Origin: Ostreococcus lucimarinus
Lineage: Eukaryota
Length of the DNA stretch: 64,000 nucleotides
Strand: one strand, 5' to 3'
Assembly: GCA_000092065.1 (NCBI GenBank)
Contig: CP000592.1
Part shown: piece by piece, positions 34,041 through 45,933 of the stretch
Layout: each line of letters opens with the position of its first letter
How positions within the stretch are numbered: position 1 is the first letter of the stretch
The notes under the pieces: model-generated
Databases searched by the model: none
Seen by the model: only the letters and a program-made list of their open reading frames with translations
What the model was told of the DNA's origin: nothing
Program-made: the position numbers and the translations under genes

Positions 34041-36218
34041 ATGTCGGACTCGGTCGCGCCCGGTAAGGATGACGACGACGCCGATGGGTTCTACGAGGAA
34101 GCGCCGCGCGAAGGCGGCGTCGGCGACGTCGCGCGCGAGGAAAACGGCGAGCGAAACCGCGCGTGGCCCGGTGTTGACGTGCAACAGCTCTCGCAAGCCT
34201 TCGCGCGCGTCGCGGGGTCGTTCGGGCGAGACACGATGGGCGTGCGTAGCCCGCAGTTCAGCGAGGAAGCGCACGAGGCGGCGTACGCGGCGGCGCGGGC
34301 GGATTATCAGGACGAACGGTTCGAGGCTGACCTGGCGCGCGCGATAAGCGCGTCGCTTGGGGACGAACAGCGCGACGCGCGGACGTCCACCGGCAGCGCG
34401 AACGAGAAAGGCGGGGATGAAGAGGCAGCCTTATTGCTCGAGGCGCGGCGACAGAGCTTGCGAGAGCGTTTCAGTGGGAGCGCGATGGCGGAACGGTTTT
34501 GGTCGACGTACTCGCTCAACTTTAGCGAGCGATTGGCCGACGGCTTTTTCTACCCGCATCCGAGCGATTGGGGGACGTTGAACGCCAAGGGGGGGAGATT
34601 ACCGAAATTCGAGTCGTTGCGCGCGGTGGAGGATTACCAGGGAGATCGCGAGGTGGTCATCGTTGATCGATGCGGCGACGTCTCGTTGGAAGAGTTTATG
34701 GCGTATTGTTTTGACGAAATTGGCCACATCGAGGATAGGTGTGACGCATCGCCTGAGCTCGCACGCCTCGTCGCCGAGCGCATGGGGGGCGCCGCGGAAA
34801 GCGACGACGCGCTGCGAGAGACCTGGGAAAGCGAGCGAGCGCGTTTGATCGAGGAACACGGTAGCTTGATTTTTCCAGTGGGATCAATGAAAGTGGGTTT
34901 GCAACGACATCGCGCCATTTTGTTCAAAGCCGTGGCAGACTTCCTTGAAATTCCTTCGCAGCTGTTGCGTGGGAAATTTTATTGCGGAGACGAGGAGGCG
35001 GTGATGATCATTGTGATGTGCGGTGGTATGAAGCGAATGCTTAATTTGATGCATGAGCCGGGTCGTATGCAGACTCCGTACAACTCAGATTCGACGCCGC
35101 CATCGAACGCTGGATCGACGTACGCGCCTACCGACAGCGGTCGAGAGTCACCAGACGTATTGGTGACACCATCTCGAGCGGAGGATACTAGAGAAGGCCA
35201 ACGTTTCGGCGTGATGTCTCCGGAAGACTTGCAAACGCCAGAGCAACCGAAGACTCCTTTGCGCCTCCAAGTCGCGGTCGATCTCACCATTGATCCGTCA
35301 CAAATTTTACTCGGAGAGCGCATCGGGATAGGTTCTTTCGGCGAAGTTCACCGAGCACTCTGGCGCGGTACAGAGGTTGCGGTGAAGAGATTTCTCGACC
35401 AGGATATTTCAAAAAATCTCCTCGACGACGTGACGTTTGAGGTAGACATCATGCGACGTCTGCGACATCCGAACGTCATCTTACTCATGGGCGCGGTCAC
35501 AGTACCTGGAAACCTATCCATCGTTACCGAGTTTTTGCACCGTGGATCACTTTTCAAACTTTTACATCGCGAACAAAGTCCAGCGCTGAAAGCGGCATTG
35601 GACAACCGTCGCAGGATGAGGATGGTCATGGATGTCATTCGCGGCATGCACTACTTGCACTCGTTTGAGCCGATGATAGTGCATCGCGACTTGAAGTCTC
35701 CAAACCTTCTCGTCGATAAGAGTTTTGTCGTGAAAGTGTGTGACTTTGGTTTATCGAGAATGAAGCGTAACACGTATCTCAGCTCAAAGACAAATGCGGG
35801 CACGCCGGAGTGGATGGCGCCCGAGGTGCTACGAAATGATGACAGCGACGAAAAGGCGGACATCTATTCGTTTGGGGTAATTTTATGGGAACTTGCCACG
35901 ATGCAAGAGCCTTGGTCAGGCTTGAATCCGATGCAAGTTGTCGGAGCGGTCGGTTTTGCGGGTAAGCAGCTCGAGATTCCAGCGGATATGGACGAAGTCA
36001 TCGCGAAGATGTGCCGCGATTGTTGGAAGACCAATCCTCGTGAGCGCCCGAGCTTTGAAGATTTGGCGACAGAAATGCGATCTGTACCCAAAGCTCCTAG
36101 TTTAGCGCAGAGCGATTCGAACGGAGCTATTAAGGAGCGAAGTCGACTCTCCGTGCCTCCGGTGCCGGTGTCCGAGCCACGGGGCGACTGGGAAGACGAG
36201 CGGTCGCGTGGTTGGTAA
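34041..36218 (+). CDS. Raf-like MAPKKK of the EDR1/CTR1 family (N-terminal EDR1 domain plus C-terminal Ser/Thr kinase)
   Basis: EDR1-type N-domain (FWSTYSLNFSERLADGFFYPH..LPKFESLRAVED..VVIVDRCGD). Kinase domain GIGSFGEVHRALWRGTEVAVKRF..HRDLKSPNLLVD..DFGLSR..GTPEWMAPE. ATG at 34041; the ORF-track start at 33951 is a GTG. Confidence 0.9.
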   Translation: MSDSVAPGKDDDDADGFYEEAPREGGVGDVAREENGERNRAWPGVDVQQLSQAFARVAGSFGRDTMGVRSPQFSEEAHEAAYAAARADYQDERFEADLARAISASLGDEQRDARTSTGSANEKGGDEEAALLLEARRQSLRERFSGSAMAERFWSTYSLNFSERLADGFFYPHPSDWGTLNAKGGRLPKFESLRAVEDYQGDREVVIVDRCGDVSLEEFMAYCFDEIGHIEDRCDASPELARLVAERMGGAAESDDALRETWESERARLIEEHGSLIFPVGSMKVGLQRHRAILFKAVADFLEIPSQLLRGKFYCGDEEAVMIIVMCGGMKRMLNLMHEPGRMQTPYNSDSTPPSNAGSTYAPTDSGRESPDVLVTPSRAEDTREGQRFGVMSPEDLQTPEQPKTPLRLQVAVDLTIDPSQILLGERIGIGSFGEVHRALWRGTEVAVKRFLDQDISKNLLDDVTFEVDIMRRLRHPNVILLMGAVTVPGNLSIVTEFLHRGSLFKLLHREQSPALKAALDNRRRMRMVMDVIRGMHYLHSFEPMIVHRDLKSPNLLVDKSFVVKVCDFGLSRMKRNTYLSSKTNAGTPEWMAPEVLRNDDSDEKADIYSFGVILWELATMQEPWSGLNPMQVVGAVGFAGKQLEIPADMDEVIAKMCRDCWKTNPRERPSFEDLATEMRSVPKAPSLAQSDSNGAIKERSRLSVPPVPVSEPRGDWEDERSRGW

Positions 36219-36243
36219 TTGTACAGTGATATTGTAACACGTT

Positions 36244-38001
36244 CTAGTAATCAATGTATTTCGCTTGTTGCGCCTCGACGACCCAATGTTGCATTTCTTT
36301 TTGAAACTCTTCATCGTTCATCGTTTCGAGCTTTGCGTTTGTGGGCATGAGTGGTGAAAAGGCCTCGTTGAAGAGGAGTTTTTTGATAAGCAACAAGCCC
36401 GTCTGCGGTCGAAACTGCGGCACCATGTGACCAGAGCCGTGCACGGTCGCAAAGGACAGGTTGTTTTCGTAGTCAATGACGTGACCGGCAAACTGCGGCC
36501 CAGCGTCTCTCGTGGCGAGGTTCGGACCATATAGTAACGGCTTTTCTTCGAGAAGAAATGCGGGTACGCCCGAGGCGTTCACGAAGTAGGCTCGCTGAGA
36601 GCCACCCTCGAGCTCTTTGAATCCGAGCTTGATTATGGCTGCGCGCGTACCTTCATACGATACGCACGGGTCGGTATCGCCGTTGAAAACGATCGTTCGT
36701 TCGAGTCTCGGCGCGAGCGTGCGGTAGAAATCAATCATGCTCGGCGTGTGTTTGTCCGCGCCCTCGTTACACGCCGCCCATACGCTGCTATACGACCAAT
36801 TTTCAGTTGGACCGGGCCAAGCTTTGGCGGGAGATTTCTCAACGTTGAGCGCTTTGCGGACATCATCACGCATCATCCATTGTGTCATCATATAATCAAG
36901 CGTGCCTGGAACGAACTCTCCGCCCTCTGCCATGGCTGCCGGCCCGAACAACGTGAGATCGTTCAGCCACGCGTAACGCCAGTCCTGAGAAAAGCCGTTG
37001 CTCGTTTGCCATAGAAACTTACGATGCGCGACGAGACACTCGGGCGAGCCTTTTCCCTTAGAGACCTCATCCGCGAAAATCTCTAGCAAAGACGTCGACT
37101 TGCGCTTCGCGGCGCCGCTCCATTCGCCGCGCATCAACGGCGACGCGTATCGATGTTCGCACTGATGCCAGAGCAAGTCGAACTCCTTGTCCGGGACGAA
37201 CCCATACTTGTGCCCGTACCACAACATAGACATTGAATTCCTCTGTGAATCGTTATCCGTGCACGGATCCCCCGTAGCGATGCCCGCGAGCGGAATCTTT
37301 GCGTCGTCGCTCGTCTGCGCGTCGTTGAAATCCAACAGTTCCCGCGCCAATGTCGGCACGTACACCCCCGCATACGACTCACCGGTGACGTAAAACTTAT
37401 TTGACCGTAGCTCTGGAAATTTTCGATGGAAGAAATCCACCACCGCCGCCGCCGCGTCTCGCGCCGCGCTCACGTCGTCGTTCGAGCAGTCGCCGCCAAC
37501 CGTCATCTCTTGGCAATAGCTCCATCCCACCCCCGCGGGCGACTCCAACGCCACCAAATTCGCATACTTCGTCCAAGCGAACGGATTTTCCATCAACCCA
37601 CCGCTCGCGTTCACCAACAGCGGGCCTTGTTCTTGCAGAAATCCGAGAATTGAGCTCGATCCCGGGCCTCCGTTCATCCACAACAGCGTGGGCGCGCGCG
37701 TCCAGTCGCCGTCGCGCTTCGCGGCGAACCAGTAGTGCAGCGCCGTCCCCGGCGTCGACGCCGACGCATCGAGAAATCCAGAATACTGCGTCGACGGCGG
37801 CGCGCCGTATCCCGGCAGCGTCGTCACCGCGTCGCCGTCGCGCGCCATCGCTCCTCCGCGCTCTTCGCGCCGTAATTCGACGCTCGCGCGCGTCCCTCGC
37901 GTCGTCGCGCGCGCGTCGCACGCCCCCGGCGCGACGACCGCGCACGCGAAGAGCGCCACCGCCGTCGCGCGCGTCGCGCGCGCGCGTCGCGTCGTCGTCA
38001 T
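36244..38001 (-). CDS. Serine carboxypeptidase (S10 family) with a signal peptide
   Basis: WMNGGPGSSS, GESYAG and ATVHGSGHMVPQ (the catalytic Ser/His context). The N-terminal signal is MTTTRRARATRATAVALFACAVVAPGACDA. ATG at 37999-38001. Confidence 0.9.
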   Translation of the reverse strand: MTTTRRARATRATAVALFACAVVAPGACDARATTRGTRASVELRREERGGAMARDGDAVTTLPGYGAPPSTQYSGFLDASASTPGTALHYWFAAKRDGDWTRAPTLLWMNGGPGSSSILGFLQEQGPLLVNASGGLMENPFAWTKYANLVALESPAGVGWSYCQEMTVGGDCSNDDVSAARDAAAAVVDFFHRKFPELRSNKFYVTGESYAGVYVPTLARELLDFNDAQTSDDAKIPLAGIATGDPCTDNDSQRNSMSMLWYGHKYGFVPDKEFDLLWHQCEHRYASPLMRGEWSGAAKRKSTSLLEIFADEVSKGKGSPECLVAHRKFLWQTSNGFSQDWRYAWLNDLTLFGPAAMAEGGEFVPGTLDYMMTQWMMRDDVRKALNVEKSPAKAWPGPTENWSYSSVWAACNEGADKHTPSMIDFYRTLAPRLERTIVFNGDTDPCVSYEGTRAAIIKLGFKELEGGSQRAYFVNASGVPAFLLEEKPLLYGPNLATRDAGPQFAGHVIDYENNLSFATVHGSGHMVPQFRPQTGLLLIKKLLFNEAFSPLMPTNAKLETMNDEEFQKEMQHWVVEAQQAKYIDY

Positions 38002-38118
38002 GCCGCTCGAAGACGCGAAGTGACGCGATGCGGCGACGCGTCAGACGCCGACGCGCGAACCGACGCGCGCGCGCGAACGCACGCGCGCGAACGCACGCGC
38101 GTCGCGCGCGCGCGCCCG

Positions 38119-41100
38119 ATGTCCGCGGACGAGGACGAGGCGCTGCGCCTGGCGCGCGCGCTGCCCGTGAGAGATCGCGTCGCGCACGCGCACTGGAAGG
38201 CTCGAGTCGAATGTTACGACGCGATTGCGCAGCGATGCGCGCGCGCGAGAGCGATGGAGGACGACGCGGACGTCGTCGCGTTCGGTGCGTGCGCGATGCG
38301 ACGTCGATGGGCGCGGGAGCGCGCGCGGAGACGGTGTCGCGGGAGCGATGAAGCGCGGAGGGGGATTTAAACAGCGACTGACAGCTGGAAAACGCGAACG
38401 TCGACGAACGCAGGAGATTGTGCGGTGAAAGCGTGCGCCGATGGGAACGCGGCGGCGCTCGACGCGGGCTTAGATGCCGTGCGAGCGATGCTGACGATCG
38501 CGGACGTGAGCTACGCGGAGAAGGTGGCCGAGGACATGCTGGGGAATTTGACGACGAAGGGTCTGGGCGGACGACCGAAGGCGGCGGAGCGAGCGACGGA
38601 GTGTTGCATGCTGTTGATTGAGTTGGAACAGTGCGATGCGGTGTTGGACGCGTTATTAAAGGCGAGCTTGAATAGGATACCGAAACTCGCGCTCGCGGCG
38701 ACGAACGCGGTGTTGATGGCGGTGACGTCGTTTGGCACGCCAAAGGTGGTGCCGGCGAGCGCGATTTTGAAGGGGCTGACGCCGTTGTTCGACGCCAAGG
38801 ATGCCAAGGTTCGCTCGACGGCGAAAGATATCACGGTGGAGATGACGAAATGGTTAGGAGCGCAAGCGGTGAAGCGCGATTTGATAGATAAGATGCGGGA
38901 GGCTATGCAAGCAGACGTGAACAAAGCCATCTCGAGCGTCGAGGCGAACGCTCGACCGACGCGATTTTTGCGCAAAGATCAAGCGGCGCAAGATTCCGCG
39001 ATGGCTTCCACATCCGGCGACGATGGGAGCGCTGTCGTGGTACAAAAGCCCTCACAGGACACAGAGACGACGACGACGACGGCGCCGGTTGCTGCACCTG
39101 ACGCGTACGATTATTCCGAACCGGAGAGCATTCTTCCGCTTCTCGAGAAACCGGCCGAAGGGGAAAATCCAAAGTTTTGGGACGGCATAGTCAGTAAGAA
39201 GTGGCAGGAACGTCTCTATGCGCTTCAAACGCTCACGAAACTCGCGAGCGCGCCGAAGTTGTCGTCGGGCGATTACGGAGACGTATCCAAAGCTTTGAAG
39301 CAAGTCATCACAAAAGATAGCAACGTGGCGTGCATCGCCGAGGCCGCGAGAGCCGCTGCAGCGCTGGCAAAGGGCGCACGAAAAGAATGGACCCGAGACG
39401 CTCGTATACTTTTACCCGGTATGCTCGATAAGTTGAAAGACAAGACTGCAGCCGTCATCGCGGCCATTCAGGATGCACTGAGTGAGTCTGTCAAGTATTG
39501 TTTTGAGCTCGCAGAGATTGTCGACGAAGTGTGCGCGGCGCTGGCGCACAAAGTTCCCAAAGTTCAGATCGAAACGCTCAAGTGGCTGGAGAGAACGTTC
39601 GAGTATATGACTCGCTCTTCATTGAGTAGTTTGCACAAGGTTATTGTCCCTCCCATTGTGAAATGCACGAGTGCGTCGAACGCGGATGCGAGAAACGGCG
39701 CGCTGCAGACGCTCGCAACTTGCGCGAAAGCGAGTGGTGGTATGAAGTCGATCGAGTTCTTATTGATGGATATCGATGCTGGAAAAAAGTCTAAAATCGA
39801 AGAATTGATGTCGGGTGCGCCGAAAGCTGGTGTATTGGCGCCGAATCCACCGTCTGTGCAACAATCGAGTATGATTGGAAAAGTAGCGCCGCCGGCGAGC
39901 GGCAGCGTCGAGCGCGCGATGAGCGTGAAGCCATCAGATATGACGGGCACAGCGAAGAGACAAACCATCGCTGTCAAAGCTTCCACTGAGGAAGTTATCG
40001 TTGAATTAGCGCCAACAATATCGAAAGATGATGCCGAAGCGCGCATTGTCGCGCTTTTGAGTGAGGAAGTCATACACAACTTGAAGAGCGCGGATTGGAA
40101 AGCTCGACTTGCGGGAATGTCGTCTGTCGTCGAAATAGTGACAACACTGAAAGACACGTCTGGTGACGCGTGTGATGCGCTCGTGATTGGTCTTGCATCG
40201 TTCCCTGGATGGAGCGATAGCAACTTCCAAGTCATGGATAAAATGTTTGAGACTCTAAAAATTTTGAGCGCTCAGCCTTGCTTCGAGTACAGGCACGTTG
40301 CGGCCGCGCTTGACGTTCTCGGCGAAAAACTTAGCTGTTTTAAGCTCGGTACTCGAGCGAGTGACAGTTTGCTGGCGTTTTCAGAGGCTTTAGGACCGCG
40401 GATCATCATGTCACGTCTTCGAGAGAAGACTGGAAATTCCAAGGCTCCAAAAGTCGTTGTCGGCGCTTTGAACTGGGCAAGTTCGACTGTGGAAGAGTTC
40501 GGCGTGGAGTGTTTAGACACGGATATGATGGTAGCCTGGGGTCGAGATGCGCTAGAAACGCCAAATCCCATGATAAAAGGCGGTGGGGCGAAGCTGCTTG
40601 GCGCCTTACACGCGGGCATCGGTCCGAGCGTTAAGGACTCGCTTGCCGGCTTGAAAGACGCACAGTTGCGTAGTTTAGAAGTGGAGTTTGCGCGTAATCC
40701 GTTCGAAGGTGAGATAAAGGCAAAGAGGCAAGTCAGAATGCCGTCATCTGTACCATGTGCGTCGCGTGCCGCTTCGATACCTAGTACTACGAATGCGCCA
40801 CCGCCGAACGCGGCGGTCGTTGAAGCTCCGCGAGCCGACATAAGCGCGAAAATCAACGACAGCTTTCTGAGCAACATGAATGATTCCAACTGGAAGACCC
40901 GCGCGGCGGCTTTGGAAGAACTTGGAAACATTTTGAGAGGCGCAAATAATCGCATTACACCGACCGGAGGCGATTTGTTCAAGGCGCTCAACGCGCGGTT
41001 TGCAGATTCCAATAGAATGCTCGCCGTCACGGCGCTCAACATCGCCGGCGAGCTCGCTCTCGCTATCGGATCGCCCATCGATAAAGTTGGTCGAGGAACT

Positions 41101-44100
41101 TTATGTGACATCGTCAAGTACTTTGGTGACAGCAAGAAAAACGTGCGCGAGGCAGCGTTGAAAGCGTGCACGTGTTGGGTAACTTCGGCGGGGCTTGCAA
41201 AAGTTTTACCAACGATGGCGGAAAAGTTTCAAGAGTACTCTGCGAAAATCACAGCCGAGGGTAAAAAAGAAGCGATAGAGTGGTGCATGGAAACGTATGG
41301 CCGAGACCAATGCGCTGACGATGTGATTCACTGCAGTGCTGTGCACTTTGCCGCTGTTGGATTGAATGACAAGGCGACGGAATCAAGAAAGGCGAGCGCG
41401 GCGTTGATGGAAGCCATCTCGTCAAAAGTCGACGCCGACAAAGTGCTCACCATGGCGAAATCGCTCGGTAAGGAATTGAAAATCGCGCTCGAAGCGCACT
41501 TAAATCGTTCCAAACCGGCGACGAATATGAAAAGTGCAGCCATGGCGGTCATGGCGACGAATGCGTTGAAAGGGTCAGCGGCTGCCAGGAATGCGGCGCG
41601 TAAAGCCGCCGCGCTGGGTGGCGGCGTCGCAAAGTCAACCGATGCCCCCGTCATGGTACAAAGTGGTCCTGTTTTCCTCATCGACGCCGACAAAGCAGTT
41701 CGTATTCGCAAGTATCCGCGCAAGGCGATGAAGTTTGAGACTTTACGTGACGAGGATCTGATGTTATTGTCTGAGGACGTGAAATCTGCGAGTCGAGCGT
41801 ACTTTCGAGCCGACGTGCATAAAATGATGTTCACGAACGATGTCAAAGCGCGACTCGCGGCGCTCGACTCTATCGATGAGGCAATCAAGTCCGATGAAGC
41901 TGAATTGGTCAACAGCTTTGACTTATTACTTCGTTGGCTCATGCTACTCATCAGCGAGGCGAGTCCAAACACGCAAGTAATGAATCGAGTCCTCGACGTG
42001 GTTTTAGATTCACTTCACGCCGCGAGCGATTTGGATTACAAGATCGTCGAACAGGAAGCTGCCATATTACTTCCAGTGATCGTAGAGAAGTCTGGTCACA
42101 GTATTGAGAGCGTTCGTGAAAAGTTTCGATCGATTTATCGCGCCGTTCCGACTGTGTACTTGGCGTCAAAATTTGTCGGCTACCTCACCACGGGTGTCGT
42201 GGAAACGAAGAGCTCGCGGACGCGCGCCGAATGCCTCGAAGAAATAGGCCGACTCATTGAGCGTCATGGTTTATTGGTGTGTCTCAGAGAGGATAAGACA
42301 TTACAGGAAGTTGCCAAGTTAGTCGAGACTCGTGATATGAGTCTGAGAAACTGCGCTTTGAATTGCCTCGCTTCGGCGTACAAAGTCGCCGGCGACGGCG
42401 TCTGGAAACGCGTCGGCAAAGTCTCTAACGAGCAAGTTAAGGACGTCATAAGCGACAAGTTTGCTAGAGTTGCTCGGGAAATGAGTCTCAGTAACGAAGG
42501 TACTCCCGGAGATTGGCTCAAGTTTGATCCAATTCCAATCGCGAGCGCGTTGGATGGCGCGTCGTTGAGTAAAAGCGTCGATGCGTCCACTTTTGCCACG
42601 GCAAAACTCGCCGACATGATGTCTTCTGCGTCGATTCGCGAGAACTATTCTACATTTCAGGAAGGAAAAAGTTTGGTGTCGCAATCTATGCACGTATTAC
42701 CCTCACGAACGCCTTTTGCTTTGCGTCAGGAAGAGACGACGCCGGATGTCGAAATGTCGAGCGCCCCCGCACCCGTCGTCCCCGACGTGTTCGTTGGCGC
42801 AAACACGCCAAAGGCGCCGTCTAAGCCCGTCGTCTCTATCACAAAAGATCTCAACGAGTCGACTTGGTCTAAAGCGTTGAAGAGAGTGAATGACGTCGAC
42901 GAAAGCGTCGCCGTTGAAGCAATGAAGAGTGTGTGCCACGAGATCGTGAGGGCAAAAGAGGACGTCGTCGCGCACGCAGCCATGGTCGGTGACATTGACG
43001 GATTGGTGCATTCCTTGGCTAAGCGCATAGAGCATGTGTTCGTTACTGCCATCGCATCGCCGGCGAAGGGTACGCGTGCGTGCAGATACATTCTGAATGC
43101 ATTGATGCAAGTCCATCAAGATAGAGCCTTCGCGACGGCGATCACTGAACCCACGCAGCGTGCGTTCATCAAGCAATTATTGCTCATTCTTCTCGACGAA
43201 CGCGTTTTGACGCTCGAAGACGGAGAATCCTTGATCAAGGCTGCAAATATGTTGATGATTGCGATGATGGAGAACTGCACGCGGTCGTATTCCTTCGTAG
43301 CGTTCTTGACGTTGCTGCACGATCGCCCGCTCAACGTCCCGGCGCATTTCGACGGGTTACTCGTAAAGTGTCTCATCAAACTCACTCGGTCGATGCAACT
43401 ATCGTTCGACAACGTACATATCCCGACAGTACTTGGAGGCATTCATACATATCTGGTAGCGATCGGTATCGATGAAATCAACGCGCGCGCCAAGGTAGAG
43501 GACCAAGGTTTGCGCGCGGTGAAGACGTTGCTGCACACGATCACCACGCGCGTCGGAGAAGATGTCTTCAAATACTGCACCAGCGTTCCGCCTCGCTCCG
43601 CTGTGCCGTCGCCGATGATTTACTCCTTCATCGACGTCAACTTGATGGCGCCCAAGTCGAACGCCACGCCGTCCGCGAAGTCATCTAGCAAGTTGCAAAC
43701 GAGCCCTGGGGTGAATGCAAAGAGTCGGTTGGTGGCCATCTTTAAAAAGATTGGTGAAAAGCAAACCACGAGTCAAGGCTTGGAAGAGCTGTATTTGTTC
43801 ACTCAAGAACATCCCGAGGAGGACTTAACGCCTCAGCTCGAGCGCACGAGTGAAGCGTTTCAGATGTACATCAAGCGTGGCTTACAAAAAGTCGAAGCAG
43901 CGCGTTTACGAAAGAGTCCGTCAAACCTCGCGGGGGCGGCGCCGATTCCGTCTCCGGTGGCGGAGGCGAAATCGAGCGCCGCAGCGTATCGAGAACGTCT
44001 CGCGCAGATCCAAGATAACGTTGGTGCCGACGTCGCGGCGCCGACAAAAGTCGTCGACGTGGACGAAGCCATGACAGATCTCCAACGTTTGCGGCAAAGA

Positions 44101-44139
44101 ATGAATTCAATCAACGCCAAAGCCGCGGGGACGATGTAA
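38119..44139 (+). CDS. XMAP215/MOR1/ch-TOG family microtubule polymerase (multiple TOG/HEAT arrays, about 1963 aa); exons 38119..38284 and 38414..44139
   Basis: The N-terminus MSADEDEALRLARALPVRDRVAHAHWKARVECYDAI matches XMAP215 (KLWKARLSGYEEAL). The intron has donor GTGCGT at 38285, CTGAC at 38388 and acceptor CAG at 38411-38413. The junction ..VVAFG|DCAVKACADGNAAALDAGLDA aligns to [23 protein letters not shown]. TOG motifs such as KKWQERLYALQTL recur. Confidence 0.9.
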
Positions 44140-44266
44140 AGCCCATCGAACGATGTGTAATAATAATTAGATTTTCGATTTGATGCTTAAAATCTTGTGC
44201 CGTCGCATTACAATGTGCACACGCCGTGTGTTACGCGTCATCGCAGGCGTCGTCTAAAATTTGCCA

Positions 44267-45313
44267 TTAGTTCTTTCTGTTTTGAATGTAATCCGCCAAA
44301 CCGATGAGCGGCTTGACCTTCACCGGGTCAAAGCCCTCTAACTCTTGCTTTGCCTTACTAATGAGATCCGCCGCGATGCGCTTGGACTCTTCCATGCCGA
44401 CCAGACTGGGATAGGTGGACTTGCCGACGGCCATATCCTTACCCGCGGTCTTCCCGAGCTCTTCGCTCGTCGCCGTGCAGTCGAGAATGTCGTCGACGAC
44501 TTGAAACGCCAAACCAATGTTTTGCGCGTATCGCTCCAGCTTCCCGATCTGCTCTTCGCTCGCCCCCCCGAGAATGGCACCAGCCGTGACGCTCACCTCG
44601 AGCAACGCTCCCGTCTTGTGTGCGTGAATGTACTTCAAGGTATCAATCGTCACCGTGCCCTCGTCCGCGCCCTCGGACATGATATCCACGACTTGTCCGC
44701 CGACCAACCCCTCGCTCCCGACGCACTTTCCGACGTCGACGATCACTCGAAGCACTTTATCCGCGCTCACCCCTTTCGTTTCTCTTCCGATGTACTCAAA
44801 CGCGTGACTCAACAGCGCGTCACCGGCCAAAATCGCCATCTCCTCTCCGTACACCTTGTGATTCGTCGGCTTGCCGCGGCGAAAGTCGTCGTTATCCATG
44901 CTCGGCAAATCGTCGTGGATCAGCGACATGGTGTGAATCATCTCCAGCGCGCACGCCGTCGGCATCGCCACCTCCATCGTCCCCCCCACGAGTTCGCACG
45001 CCGCCAAGCACAGCGCCGGTCGAATCCTTTTCCCTCCCGCCAGCAGCGAATATCGCATGCTCTCGCTCAGGCGTTCCGGATAATGCATCGGCACCGACGC
45101 GTCCAGCGCGCGTTCGATCTCCGCGTTCACGTTCTTGATGTACGCGTTAAATTCTTGTTCGCTCGACACGTCCGGCGTCGCGCTCACCGCGCGCACGCGT
45201 CCCATCACCCGTCCGCGCGCGCCCGCGCGATCGCCGCGCGTCGGTCGCGCCCCGCGCGAGGGCGCGACGCGCGCGCGCCCCCCCATCGCGCGCGTCGCCG
45301 CCGTCGTCGTCAT
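44267..45313 (-). CDS. GGPS: Geranylgeranyl diphosphate synthase (short-chain trans-prenyltransferase) with a plastid transit peptide
   Basis: FARM and SARM motifs ([17 protein letters not shown]; FQVVDDILD) and a GGPPS-type chain-length region. ATG at 45311-45313. Confidence 0.9.
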   Translation of the reverse strand: MTTTAATRAMGGRARVAPSRGARPTRGDRAGARGRVMGRVRAVSATPDVSSEQEFNAYIKNVNAEIERALDASVPMHYPERLSESMRYSLLAGGKRIRPALCLAACELVGGTMEVAMPTACALEMIHTMSLIHDDLPSMDNDDFRRGKPTNHKVYGEEMAILAGDALLSHAFEYIGRETKGVSADKVLRVIVDVGKCVGSEGLVGGQVVDIMSEGADEGTVTIDTLKYIHAHKTGALLEVSVTAGAILGGASEEQIGKLERYAQNIGLAFQVVDDILDCTATSEELGKTAGKDMAVGKSTYPSLVGMEESKRIAADLISKAKQELEGFDPVKVKPLIGLADYIQNRKN

Positions 45314-45580
45314 CCCCTAACCGCCCGTTCGCGAGCGCGCTTTGAGATTAAAAATATTCCCCTCGAACGCGCGCCGCCGTCGTCGCGCGCGTCGCGAATT
45401 CGCGTCGCCCGTCGTCGCGCGCGTCGCGTCGTCGCGCGTCCGACGCCGCCCTCGCGTCGCCCGGCGCGTCGTCGCGTCGCCCGGCGCGGGTTTTTTTTGA
45501 CGGCCCGTCGACCCCCTCGGCGCTGAGTCACGACCCGTCACGCGGGGCGCGATCGACGCCTTATCTGACGCACCGTTGTA

Positions 45581-45648
45581 CCAGCTCGTATCAGCTCGTA
45601 TCAGCTCGTATCAGCTCGTATCAGCTCGTATCAGCTCGTATCAGCTGG
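45581..45648. repeat. 10-bp tandem repeat (CAGCTCGTAT), about 7 copies
   Basis: One variant copy ccagctcgta plus five perfect copies of tcagctcgta plus a partial copy. It sits in the GGPPS/PurD bidirectional promoter. Confidence 0.95.
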
Positions 45649-45691
45649 TCACTACTGTTTACCCATACGATTGGCACGTTCGGACATTCGG

Positions 45692-45742
45692 CTGATACCG
45701 TACTAGTACGCTGATACGGTATCAGGAAACTGCCGATACCGG
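45692..45742. promoter_or_regulatory. Nested palindromes: an 11-bp inverted repeat (ctgataccgta/tacggtatcag) flanking the perfect 10-bp palindrome gtactagtac, with a third GATACCG copy downstream
   Basis: Seen directly. The arms lie at 45692-45702 and 45715-45725 and enclose ctagtacgctga. The GATACCG motif occurs three times within 50 bp, in the divergent promoter. Confidence 0.5.
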
Positions 45743-45794
45743 ATTCAAGCACCCCTAATCTGACGCCTCGATCGCGCGATCGACGGCGCGATCG

Positions 45795-45894
45795 ATGGGA
45801 TACGGCGCGCGATCGAGGATGGGGTTTCGTACTTTCGCACGCGCGCGCGGCGGTTCGAACGGCGCGCGCGACGGACCGCGGCGCGCGCGGCCGA

Positions 45895-45933
<39 letters not shown>

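Noticed and set aside
45835-45855. GGTTCGAA-type T-loop-like strings (also near 53345) that could hint at tRNA genes
   Set aside because: No flanking acceptor or anticodon stem structure is present. Both lie inside well-supported coding sequence.
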